64,000 bases of DNA from Bacteroidales bacterium (GTDB taxonomy: Bacteria > Bacteroidota > Bacteroidia > Bacteroidales > UBA4417): assembly GCA_030654075.1 (NCBI GenBank), contig JAURYB010000178.1:6446-70445 (forward strand), given 5' to 3'. Shown here piece after piece: positions 1 to 11,600 of this stretch. Position 1 is the stretch's first letter; each line of letters opens with the position of its first letter. The notes beneath the pieces were generated by a model. It saw nothing but the letters and a program-made list of their open reading frames with translations, searched no databases and was not told where the DNA came from. Both the position numbers and the translations under genes were made by a program.

Positions 1-1
1 T

Positions 2-2578
2 GTGTATGATTTTGACGGATCAGTTTCATTTAACCTGAATGATGTTGATTTTATAGGAATAGATCCGGTTGACGCGAATATGCTGGCAAACTATTCTCTA
101 ACCGGAAACACGATTCATATTGTCGGGGCAAGCAGTACCGGGATTCAATCCGGAATTATCTGTTACCTGAAATTTAAACTTAAGAATACGGTCGCATTGA
201 ACCAGCAAACCACCATAACCCTTAATTCGCTCTCGGCAAATGAATCCACTTTACATTCTACGATTTCAAGTGGGAAAATTACGCGGGTTGTTCAGGTGAG
301 TTATCGGCCAATTGCCAAAGCAGGCCTGAATAAGTCAGTACTGGAAGGAGAAACCGTTCAACTCGATGGATCCGAATCGTACGACCTGGATGCAAATCCC
401 CTTACGTTTTCATGGCGGGCGCCTGTAGGAATTCACCTGAACGACAGTACATTAAAAAAGCCAACTTTTATTGCTCCTGATGTAAAAGTAAATACAAATT
501 ACATTTTCACCCTGATTGTAAATGATGGTAGTTCCAGCTCCGATCCATCGACGGTAACGATAACTGTTTTGCAGGTAAATAAAAGACCGGTTGCAGATGC
601 AGGTTCGGATATCAGTTACAACGAAGGAAGTTCAGTTTCACTCTCAGGAAGCCTTTCCTACGATCCCGACCTGGATGTTATTTCATACAAATGGACTTCG
701 CTAGATGGAATAATTCTGTTTGATGCTCTTGGACCTGCTCCTTCGTTTAATGCTCCACAGGTGAGCGCCAACAAAATATACAGGTTTAAACTGGAAGTGT
801 CGGATGGCGTACTCACATCCATTCCCGACACGGTTAAAATAAACGTTGTAAATGTGAATAAAATCCCTGTTGCTTATGCAGGTGTGGATCAGACTGTAAA
901 TGAAGGAACTCTGGTTCAGCTTGACGGATCACTTTCGTCAGATGCCGATATTGAGCCAATTACATTTAAATGGACAGCACCGTCTATCGTTGCTTTATCT
1001 TCATACACTGCCAATAAACCAACGTTTACCGCGCCTATGGTTCATCGCGATTCAGTGATTGTTATTTCGCTTGTTGTGCACGACGGGCATGCGAGTTCAA
1101 ATGCTGACCTGGTTTCGATCACAATCAAAAACCTTGATATTTTAAGTACTGCGGCTCAAATTATAAAAACTACTCTCACAGGCGCTGATTCGACAAAAAC
1201 GGATCAGCTTGCACAGCAGGTTACACTTTATATGCCTTATGGCGCTGACATCCGCGCTCTGGCACCCACTTTCCAGCTGTCACCCAAAGCTTCAGTTTCA
1301 CCTCCTGGCGGAACCGTGCGAAATTTCACTTCACCGGTATCTTACACCGTTACTGCAGAAGATGGCTTAACGCAAAAAGTATTCCTGGTAAAGGTTTTTG
1401 TTCCGACAGTCAGCCTGAAAAGGGGCCTTTCTACAGGCTGGAACTGGATTTCAATAAGCGCAAGTCCGGCTGATATGAATGTAGGAACAGTTTTAGGCAG
1501 TCTTACGCTGACCAACCTCGACTATATTAAATCGGCAACAACGTCGGCTGTTTATTACACGGGTTCCGGGTGGTTTGGAGACTTAAGTACTCTGCCACAA
1601 TTGGATATGCTGATGTTTAAAAAATCTACTGCGGGACTTTTTACATTATCAGGAAAAGAAATTAATCCCACACTTACATCTATTCCGGTTTCCTCAGGAT
1701 GGAACCGGATAGGTTATATCATGAAAGGAAATGCCGCAATTAACCAGGCTTTTGACCAATCTACCTTACCCACAGGTGACATTTTGCTGAAAAGTAAAAC
1801 CGCTTCCGCTATATATTACCCGGCTTCAGGTTGGATCGGCGACCTGGATTCAATGAGGGTATTGAACGGATATATGATGAAAACGGTTTCGGGCAGCGAT
1901 ATTAAATACAAAGCCAGCGGAGCCAAAGTTAAATCAGTGCAAATATTGTTCACCAACCAAGATGATTTATATACACTCTACAATATCAATCCTTCAGATT
2001 TCGAAAATTCAGCCACGCTGATCGGAGAAATTGTTAATGAAAACAGCCAAAATATAATTCAACAGGGAGATATCCTGATTGCCTATGTCGGAACTGCCCG
2101 AAGAGGTGTTACAGAAGCCCGTTTTGTTCCTGACTTAAACCGGTATGTTTTCATTCTGACACTATTCTCGAATCTGAACCAGGAGAAGATGAGTTTTAAA
2201 TTGAAAACACCTGATGATATTTCTGAAAAGGAAATTTCAGATGAAGTGACTTTCGTTAGTAATGAGGTATTTGGCCAGGCTATGAATCCTTATCCTCTGC
2301 ATCTTTTAAATGCAACTGGTTTAAAGGGTTCCGGAAACGAACAAACTATATCAGTTTATCCAAATCCGGCAACAGACAAGTTTCAAATCAGATCCGGCTA
2401 TAGAATTTCTGCCGTCACAATATCCGGCATAACAGGAAATTCTATTCTCACCAAATCAAATATTTCAGAAAATATGGTAGCTATTGATACCCGAAACCTC
2501 GCTCCCGGACTGTATCTCCTGAAAATTGAAACTTCAAACGGCACAATAATCAGGAAACTGGTTAAATCAACAAAATGA
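2..2578 (+). CDS. Secreted cell-surface protein, 3' part (N-terminus lies outside the window): cohesin-like segment, three ~90-aa PKD-like repeats, T9SS C-terminal sorting domain
   Basis: The ORF is open from the window edge. There are three repeats of the pattern (R/I)PVA.AG.D..V.EG..V.LDGS.S.D.D...(F/Y)(K/S)W at roughly nt 302-1130. The C-terminus (ISVYPNPATDKFQI...GLYLLKIETSNGTIIRKLVK) matches the Por/T9SS secretion tail. Confidence 0.85.
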   Translation: MYDFDGSVSFNLNDVDFIGIDPVDANMLANYSLTGNTIHIVGASSTGIQSGIICYLKFKLKNTVALNQQTTITLNSLSANESTLHSTISSGKITRVVQVSYRPIAKAGLNKSVLEGETVQLDGSESYDLDANPLTFSWRAPVGIHLNDSTLKKPTFIAPDVKVNTNYIFTLIVNDGSSSSDPSTVTITVLQVNKRPVADAGSDISYNEGSSVSLSGSLSYDPDLDVISYKWTSLDGIILFDALGPAPSFNAPQVSANKIYRFKLEVSDGVLTSIPDTVKINVVNVNKIPVAYAGVDQTVNEGTLVQLDGSLSSDADIEPITFKWTAPSIVALSSYTANKPTFTAPMVHRDSVIVISLVVHDGHASSNADLVSITIKNLDILSTAAQIIKTTLTGADSTKTDQLAQQVTLYMPYGADIRALAPTFQLSPKASVSPPGGTVRNFTSPVSYTVTAEDGLTQKVFLVKVFVPTVSLKRGLSTGWNWISISASPADMNVGTVLGSLTLTNLDYIKSATTSAVYYTGSGWFGDLSTLPQLDMLMFKKSTAGLFTLSGKEINPTLTSIPVSSGWNRIGYIMKGNAAINQAFDQSTLPTGDILLKSKTASAIYYPASGWIGDLDSMRVLNGYMMKTVSGSDIKYKASGAKVKSVQILFTNQDDLYTLYNINPSDFENSATLIGEIVNENSQNIIQQGDILIAYVGTARRGVTEARFVPDLNRYVFILTLFSNLNQEKMSFKLKTPDDISEKEISDEVTFVSNEVFGQAMNPYPLHLLNATGLKGSGNEQTISVYPNPATDKFQIRSGYRISAVTISGITGNSILTKSNISENMVAIDTRNLAPGLYLLKIETSNGTIIRKLVKSTK

Positions 2579-2675
2579 TAAAGCATATAATTAAGAGTGC
2601 AACTTACTAAGGAAAAGCGTTAAATCCGTTTAGTTGTTGGAACAATTATTTATTAATGAGCAAAACCTGACCAAA

Positions 2676-5600
2676 ATGAAACTATTGATACATACAAACA
2701 ACAAGCTGAATTATTCAGGTGTAAAGGACGAATTCAGGAACACAAAATATAAATCCGATAGGATTAATTTTCTTCGGATTGCTGCATTTGCTTTACTCAT
2801 TTGGTTACCTGTGGTTGCAAGCGCCCAGTTAACGTTGCCTGCTATTCCTAGCAACGCCAGCCTGGCAAAGCGTTTCGAACTGAGTACCGAAATGATTTTC
2901 CGGGTGAAAGCGGGAAATACCTTCCTGCCCAGCGGTGCCCTGATTGCATACATTAACGGCGAAATCCGGGGCGCACAAACCGCTTCGGTGCTTTATCCTC
3001 CCACAGGAGTTAATGTTTACAAAGTCCTTGTTTTCGATAGTAAATCATCGGGTGATACCATTACTTTTAAATACTACGATACCTTCTCTTCAAAAATTTA
3101 CGACATCACGGAGAAAATAGAATTTATTCCCAACCTGGTTCCGGATTATGCCAATCCTACAATTCTGACAGCCTACTGCAAACCTATTGATAAAGTAACT
3201 GGTTTGATCCCGGTAAATGCAACAGAAAACCTGAATGCAACACTTGATTTATACTGGCAGCCTTCGCCAAATACGACCTCGTACAATCTTTATTTTTGGG
3301 AAGATGGCACAACTATGCCTGCCACGCCTACAAATGCCAATATTTCCGGCACAACTTTCAGGCTTTATAATCTGAAATACGGACAAATATATCGCTGGAA
3401 AATAGGATCAATTAACGACTGTTCCTCAGCTGAAAGTGCTATTCAAACATTAAAAACAAGGTTGCTTCCTGATCTGACTGTTACAAGCGTTACTGCTCCG
3501 GCAAATATTGAATCAGGCTCCAATTTAAATGTCAGTTTCTCAGTTAAAAATGCTGGTGCCGGCAACACTGCAGGACTTCAATGGTACGATGCTGTTTATG
3601 CCTCAACCGATCAAACCTGGAGCAATGATGACATACTGCTGTCGACCAAAACAAATGTTACGCAACTTGAACCAGATAGTACCTATACACAATCCGCTTC
3701 AATTTCACTCCCGATAGATTTCACCGGGAATTATTATTTCCTGGTTAAGACTGATAATACAAATTCTGTCGTGGAATTTTCGGAAATTAACAACCTGGGG
3801 AAAACGGCAGCCGTATCGCACATAACTTTAAAATCGCTTCCTGATATCCGGGTAAAAGATATTGCTGCTGAAAAAGTAAATGTAAATCCCGGCGACTCCA
3901 TAACGATCAGCTGGAAAGTTGAAAACATAGGCGGTGTAGCTACAGCCGGAGGCTGGGTTGAAAGGATTACTATTGTACCGGTAACCGGTTTGAATCTTTC
4001 AATTGATCCGAATACAGAATACACTTTGCCTCTGCCTGCCGGAACTACCATTAACCGAAGCAGGAAGATTAAAATGCCGGATATCCTCCGTTTTTCGGGT
4101 GATGCTCATATACAAGCAGAACTTATTCCTTACGCAGACCTTATAGAATATGCAGCCAATAAAGCCAATAATATCGCACTATCTGCAGGCAAGATTACCG
4201 CCGGGAATATTCTCACTCTTGATATTCAGGAAACATCCTTGCTCGAAAACCTATCCTCACCGCTACGTTGCATTGCAACGCGTAGTGGTGACTACTCGGC
4301 GAACTTAATTGTTTCTCTTTCAGCTTCGGTAGCCGGGCAGGTTACAATTCCCGCAACAGTTACTATTCCTGCCAACCAGTCTTCAGTGGTATTTAACCTG
4401 AATACCATTAATAATGCTTTGATTGATGGCCAGAGAACTGTCTGGATTACCGCTACTGCTGCACAATACAGCAATTCCGCAAAAACCATCACTATACTTG
4501 ATGACGAAATCCCTTCACTAACAGCTGTTTTAAATAAAACTACTGCAACCGAAGGTGATACTATTACCCTGACAGTGAGCAGGAATCTGGTTACGAACCA
4601 ACCTTTAACAGTCAGCCTTACTACCAATAAACCTTCTCAATGGACATTTCCAACCTCTTTTGTTATACTGGCAAATACTGCTTCCGCAAAAGTTAGCATC
4701 AATATTACCAATGACAATGTACCGGAACTAACCAACGACGCAATTATTTATGCCAGCTCAGCCGGAATTACTACCGGCACGGTAACTGCCAGCATTGTCG
4801 ATAATGATGTTCCTCAGGTAAGCCTTGAATTGCTTTCTGATACAGTGTCGGAATCGGCCGGGGTTTATGCCACCTGGGGCTTGCTCAAACGAATATCAGG
4901 AGATGGAATTATCACTGTGAATTTAACTTCCAGTTTGCCGGGCGCGCTCTTTTTCCCTGCCAGTCTTACTTTGCCAAAAGGCGCCCAGGAACAGAAGTTC
5001 AACATAGGAGTTGTTGACAACGGAGATGTGGATGGATACCGGAAAGTAATCCTTTCGGGATCAGTTTATATTTCGTCCTGTAATTGCGGAACTTCAGCCG
5101 AAAATGGCGGAATTGTTTCCGCAAATTTAATAATTGCCGATAATGATGGCCCCACCTTGTCACTAGCAATCAACCCTGTTTCACTTCCTGAAGGTAAACT
5201 GAATGCCGGAACTCTCACCATTACCCGAAATACGCCAACCAATAATGCGCTGTTAGTCAATATCTCGCACAACGACCCAACCGAAGTCAGTATTCAAACT
5301 ACGGCTACAATCCTTGCCGGTCAAAAATCCGTCCAGGTTCCGATTAACTCAATCAATGATAATATTGAAGATGGTACACAGATGGTTTCTATTCAGTCCA
5401 GTGCGCCAACCTTCTCATCAGGCTTTGGGTATGTTTTTGTGACCGATTTGAATAAGCCGGACCTGGTAATTACAAAAATCGCTGTCAGCGACAGCACTCC
5501 GGCGACCAATGATGTTATTGAAATTTCGGGAACAGCCGGTAATATTGGTTTTTCGACAGCACCTTCCGCAATGAAAATCGCTTTTTATTGTTCGAAAGAT

Positions 5601-8600
5601 AAAACCCTTGATGTCAACGATATAGTGCTAGGTGAATATGAATTCCCTTCGCCTATCAGCCAGGCAGCAACGGCTATTTTCACAAAGGCAGTTATAATTC
5701 CAGCCCAAACGGGTGATTTCTATATCCTTGCCAAAATTAATCCTACTGAGAGTCTTACTGAATTGGTATATTTCAATAATGTTTCTGATGCTGTCGGCAT
5801 CACAATTGCCCCTGAATATACTGCAACAGCAATTACTGACAATGCCATTTACCTGCCCAAAACCACTGTACCCATTCATGGATCAGCAATAAATTCTAAA
5901 AATACTCCTGTCGCTGATGTTGATGTAGATATATATATTATAACTGCCGGTATCCGTCGGGAATTAAAAGCAAAAACCAATAGCCTCGGGCAATATTCTG
6001 TTGATTTTGTACCCAGTATATTTGAATCTGGACATTATTCAATAGGCGCCTGCTATCCAAAACAAAACCTGAGTGCAGAACAAGATAAGTTCGATATCCC
6101 TGGTTTAATTAGAGAAAGCAATTCCAACATAGTCTGGGATATGAAGCTCGGCCAGTTGATTACAGGGAAAATAGCTTTGAAAAATACGAGTGAAGCCGTT
6201 TTAAAACATATTGTGATACTGGCTGATAATCTTCCTGCAGGTTGTGAACTTAAGTTTGATACAATAGCAGTTCTTTCGGCAAATCAAACCAAAGAATTCA
6301 ATTTTACATTGCAGGCAACTGAATTGACCAAAGGAAGTAATTATGAAAAAATAAATTTCCATGTTCAATCCGCCGAAGGAATCACCATTGATTTCCCGGC
6401 ATACTACTATTGCCAGGCTCTGCAGGCGCAGTTAAAATCTGACCCGGTCAGCATCAATACTACAATGACTAAAGGGAAACCGAGGCTGTATGAATTTCAC
6501 ATCTTCAACAACGGTGCCGGTGAAACAGGGAAAGTGACTATCAGTTTACCAAATGTAAGCTGGATGAATCTGATCAGTCCTGACACGCTCACAAATATTT
6601 CACCTCAGGATACAGTAACAGTAATTGTAAACCTTGCGCCCACTGCCGATGTTCCTTTAAATACGCCGATTTCAGGAAATATTACAGCAAACTGTGTTAA
6701 TGGAAACGGTGTTCAGATTCCTTACCGCTTTGAAGTAGTGTCAGAAGAAAAAGGTGGATTAAAAGTGGATGTAATCGATGAGTACACCTATTTTACTGAA
6801 GATAAACCGCATGTAAAAAATGCTCACGTTGTTGTTCGGCACCCATTTTCCGGAAAAATAATGGCCGATGGGTTTACTGACGCAAACGGTATTTTCGCAG
6901 TGGATAGCTTGCCTGAAGGCTCATATAAAATGAATGTGGAAGCCGATAAACACGAAGGTTTCCAGACTACCATTACTATTGATCCGGGACGTATAAATGA
7001 ACAAACTGTGTTTATCAGTTTCCAGGCAATCACCTATACATGGGAAGTAGTTCCGACCCAGATCCAGGATAACTATGAAGTACAGCTGGTAATGAAATAC
7101 GAAACAAGTGTTCCGGTACCGGTTGTAATTGTTGATATGCCTAAAGAGATGCCACAACTGTTTAATGACGAAACCTACCCTTTCATGGTAACCATGACCA
7201 ATAAAGGATTGATAACAGCAAAAGACGTGCAGATTAACTTTCCACAGGATGATCCGGAATACGAGTTTGTGACCAACTTCACTACAATGGATCTGCTGGC
7301 ACAGCAATCCATCCAGTTTCCTGTTGTAATGAAACGGAGAGCCGGATTAAAATCAGCTACTTCTGGCGGCACTTGCGTCAGTTTTGCAGCAACTATTTAT
7401 GGATGGCAATGTGGCCCTGACAGGCAGTGGGGTCATTCACAGAATAGCTTCTCATTCAGCGGTAGAATATGCATTGGATCGCCGGGCCCTAGCACTACCG
7501 GTCCCGAAGGCACTCCATGGTGGAATGGCTGGGCATTTGGAAATGTGCCACAAAGAGGTGGTGGCGGCTATTATTGGTACAATCCCACACTTGGCATTCC
7601 AACTGTGGGTTCATCAACTGCTGGTTGTGAACCTTGTTTAATATCATTGGCATTAAATGGAATTGGATGTTTCCCGATATTAGGTCCTATGATTACAAAT
7701 GCCGCAGGTATTCTGGGTTGTATTTTAAGCCTGGCAGATCTGGAAGTAACCAGGATGGATCTTGCCGATTGTGGTATGACAGGACTAGGCCTTGCTATTG
7801 ATTTGGGAGAAATCGGCTGTGCATATGGACTTGCACGTTCAGCTATGGATTGTTATGAAAACCCACCTATTTTTACCAAATCCCCCGAAGGTTCGAAACC
7901 AACAATGCCACCCATTTTAAAGCAATCAATTCTCGATCTCGAATATGCTGTAGCCGCTCATGGAGCATTGGATAGTTTATCAGCCGAAATATATGGGGAT
8001 TGGGACTGGAGAGCAAAAGCCAGTTTGAAGGATTTTAATGTTGAAACAGATCCGTTTATAAAACAAAACAAACCATTCTATCCAACTGATATTACTGCTC
8101 TTGAACTTAAAATGGCTGGAACTGATATCAGCAGTTCAGACATCCGCATTTTTACAACCAGGTGGAACAATACGATAAACGCATGGAGTCTGCAGGTTTA
8201 TTCCCCTACTGTTGATCATCCGGATATGATTGATAAAGTAAAGATGAAAAAGTATATTATGAAAATTGATACGGTTCAGAATTATGCTATTTCACGGGGA
8301 TATGACAATTTTATGGAAATGTATAATGTTGCTTTGGCTACCACCAAAGAACAAGTTGATGCCGGCCGGAGCTCAGTATGCGCTTCTGTTTCAATTAACA
8401 TTACGCAGAAAGTGGTTATGACGCGCGAAGCTTTTGAAGGTACACTTACCATCTTCAACGGACATACTACCGATGATATGAAGGAAATAAAACTGAACCT
8501 GGAAATTAAAGACGAAAACGGCGTTTTAAGCAACGACCTATTCCAGATCGATACCAAAGCACTTTCGATACTCACCGGAATTGATGGTACCGGAACACTG

Positions 8601-11600
8601 GCCGCCCAGGGAAAGGGAAGCGCAACCGTATTGTTTATCCCTGAAAAAGGAGCCGCCCCAACTGTACCGAAAAGCTATTCATTCGGCGGCTCATTCTCGT
8701 ACCTTGATCCTTTTACCGGCGTAACGGTTACCAAACCGTTGTTCCCTGTTACACTCGATGTAAACCCAAGTCCGGATATATATCTGCATTATTTTATGCA
8801 GCGTGATATATTGGGTGATGATCCGCTGACTGTTCCTATTGAACCAATCGTTCCAGCCGAATTCGCTGTGATGGTTCAAAATAATGGGTATGGTACGGCC
8901 CAGGGTGTACGGATTGAAAGTGCCCAGCCAAAAATTGTTGAAAACAAAAAAGGGCTTGCCATCAATTTTGCTTTGATAGGTTCGAACCTTAACGGGCAGC
9001 CTCGTCAGTTAGGTTTGACAAATATCGATTTCGGCAATATTGCACCTAAGTCGGCAGCAATTGGGCAATGGTGGTTTACCAGCGATTTATTGGGTCACTT
9101 TGTTTCGTACGAAGCCAAAGTCAGTCACCTGGATAGCCGCGGAAATCCCGATCTGAGCCTGATAAGCGGAGCCACCCTTCACGAGCTTATTCGGAGTGTT
9201 GATGTATATTCTGGTGTCGAAGATGGCATTCATGATTTCCTGGTCAACGAAGTTCAGGATGCTAAAGAATTGCCTGATATTATTTACCTTTCCAATGGAG
9301 GTACGCTTGATGTTTATCCTGCGCCATTGGAAAGCACTACAGGTTCAATAGCTTCCGGAAATCATGAGATTGAATTGACAGTTACACCAAAGCAGATTGG
9401 CTGGAATTATATCAAATTCAGCGATCCTGGAAACGGCATCTATAAAATTGCCAGTGTAATGCGTGAAGATGGCCAGGTAATTCCTTTAGAAAACGTATGG
9501 CAAACTTTTGTCACACTGCCCGATAGCAAGGAACCTGTTTATGAAAATATGATGCATTTCCTGGATGTTTTTGCAGCAGCAAACCCGCAGAAATATACTA
9601 TACGTTTTATAGCTAAAGACCAGAATCCTCCTGAAATAGTAAGCTTTGAAAATGTACCAACCTCAGTAGTAACTATACCTGTAACATCTATTAATGTGGT
9701 ATTCAACAAACCGATCGATCCTGCTACCTTCAATTACGAAGATATGACCCTTCGTATTCAGGCTGGTGCTGATGTAATGGATAGTACAGTGAAAGTTACA
9801 CAAATAGATCCTGTAACTTTTAAAATTGATCTGACGAGCAAGTCAATCCAAAATGGGTATTATGTTTTAACCGTACAGGCCAGCCAGATCAGCAGCACTA
9901 CAGGCACCAGCGGACTGACCGGCAAACAGGCAACCTGGACCCAATATATCAATGTACCTGCTGTAAGTGAATTCATAGGATTACCTGATAATAATATTGG
10001 CGCTCCTATGGATTTCATTATGCTCCGATTTAATTTACCTATCGACAATACAACACTTTTACCAAGCCGGTTAACCTGGAAGAAAAATGGAACTGTTGTT
10101 TCGGTCTCAGTAACAATCACTCCTATGGATGTTGATGGTAAACTATTCCAGGTCTCAGGATTGAAGGCGTTTTTGTTGGATGACGCAAAGTATTCACTTA
10201 CAGTTGATTTGCCAAATATCGCCACAATTAACGGAGTGAACGGCATCCTGACACAATCGGTAGAATGGGAAATTGACCAGACACCACCTTCTGTTAGTAA
10301 AATAACTCTGAATAACGACGGCGGATACGACCTGCAACATATAACTGCAATTGATATTCAGCTTAGTGAAGCTGTCAATGGTTTCGGGTTACCTTCGATC
10401 GAGTTGTGGAAGGATGGAACCAGGCAGCCCTTGTCGCAATTAACGCTGACAAAAGTATCAGGTAGTGAATACAGGTTTACACAGTTCCGCCTGCTCACGT
10501 ATTATGAAGGCACGTATACTCTAAAAGTTAACATGGAAGGTGTTACTGATATTTCAGGAAATACGGCTTCCGGAATTGTTGAACAAAGCTGGGCTGTATA
10601 CAGGACTACTCCAAAAGCTGTGACAGGCTTAAAGATTACTCCCGACCTAGGCTTCTCAGATAATGATGCTTTAACCTCATCAGGAACCGTGTCAGCTGTT
10701 ATGAATGTAAATGAGCCCGACTCACGAATTCAAATTTATCAAAATGATAAAGGGAACAGGACTTTACTGGCTGATACTTCAAATATAAAAACAGGTTCAT
10801 TGATTTTACCAATTAAATTTACAATTGTCGGAAACCTGATTCTGGAAGCACATTGTCTGGATAGCTATAAAAATGAAGCTATCACTGAACTTCCTGTATT
10901 TATTGATGATGTGGCGCTTTTAGCGAGTTGGAAGAATGTACCGCAGAAAGCTTTATCCATACAACCCGATTCTTTGGTACTGGAATTCTTCGATAAGCTA
11001 TTGGATGATACCAAGCTGAAAGATTACTTGAAATTTGCTCGTGGTGGACTTTCTATCGGAACTTCGAATATAACTATCAGCAAATCTTCTGATAAAGTGT
11101 TTGTATTTAAAGGAATGAACGTAGCAGGAAATACTGAAGGAAATTATTCACTCTCTATCGATTTAACAAAGTTCCAGAAGTATAGCAGTGGAAAACCCGG
11201 AATTTCAGATCTCAAAGCCCAATGGTCAATTGGGGGTATAAACCAGGCTCCTGTTGCGAATGCTGGAACTAACCAAACAGTGGATGAAGCGCAACTGGTT
11301 ACCCTGGATGGAAGTCAATCTTCCGATCCAAACAACGATCAGCTAACCTACAAATGGACTGCTCCAAGCGGAATAACGCTAAGTTCAACAACTTCAGCCA
11401 ATCCAACATTTACCGCTCCGTATATAAATGTGGAAACGCAGTTTACCTTTGGCCTGGTAGTTAACGATGGAATTGTGAATTCAGATCCTGTAACCGTGAA
11501 AATTACTGTCCGTAATTCCTCTTTGGTTGGACTTCCGAATCAGGAAACATCTCTGATCAGGATATACCCAAATCCAACTACAGGAATTGTAAATATTGAG

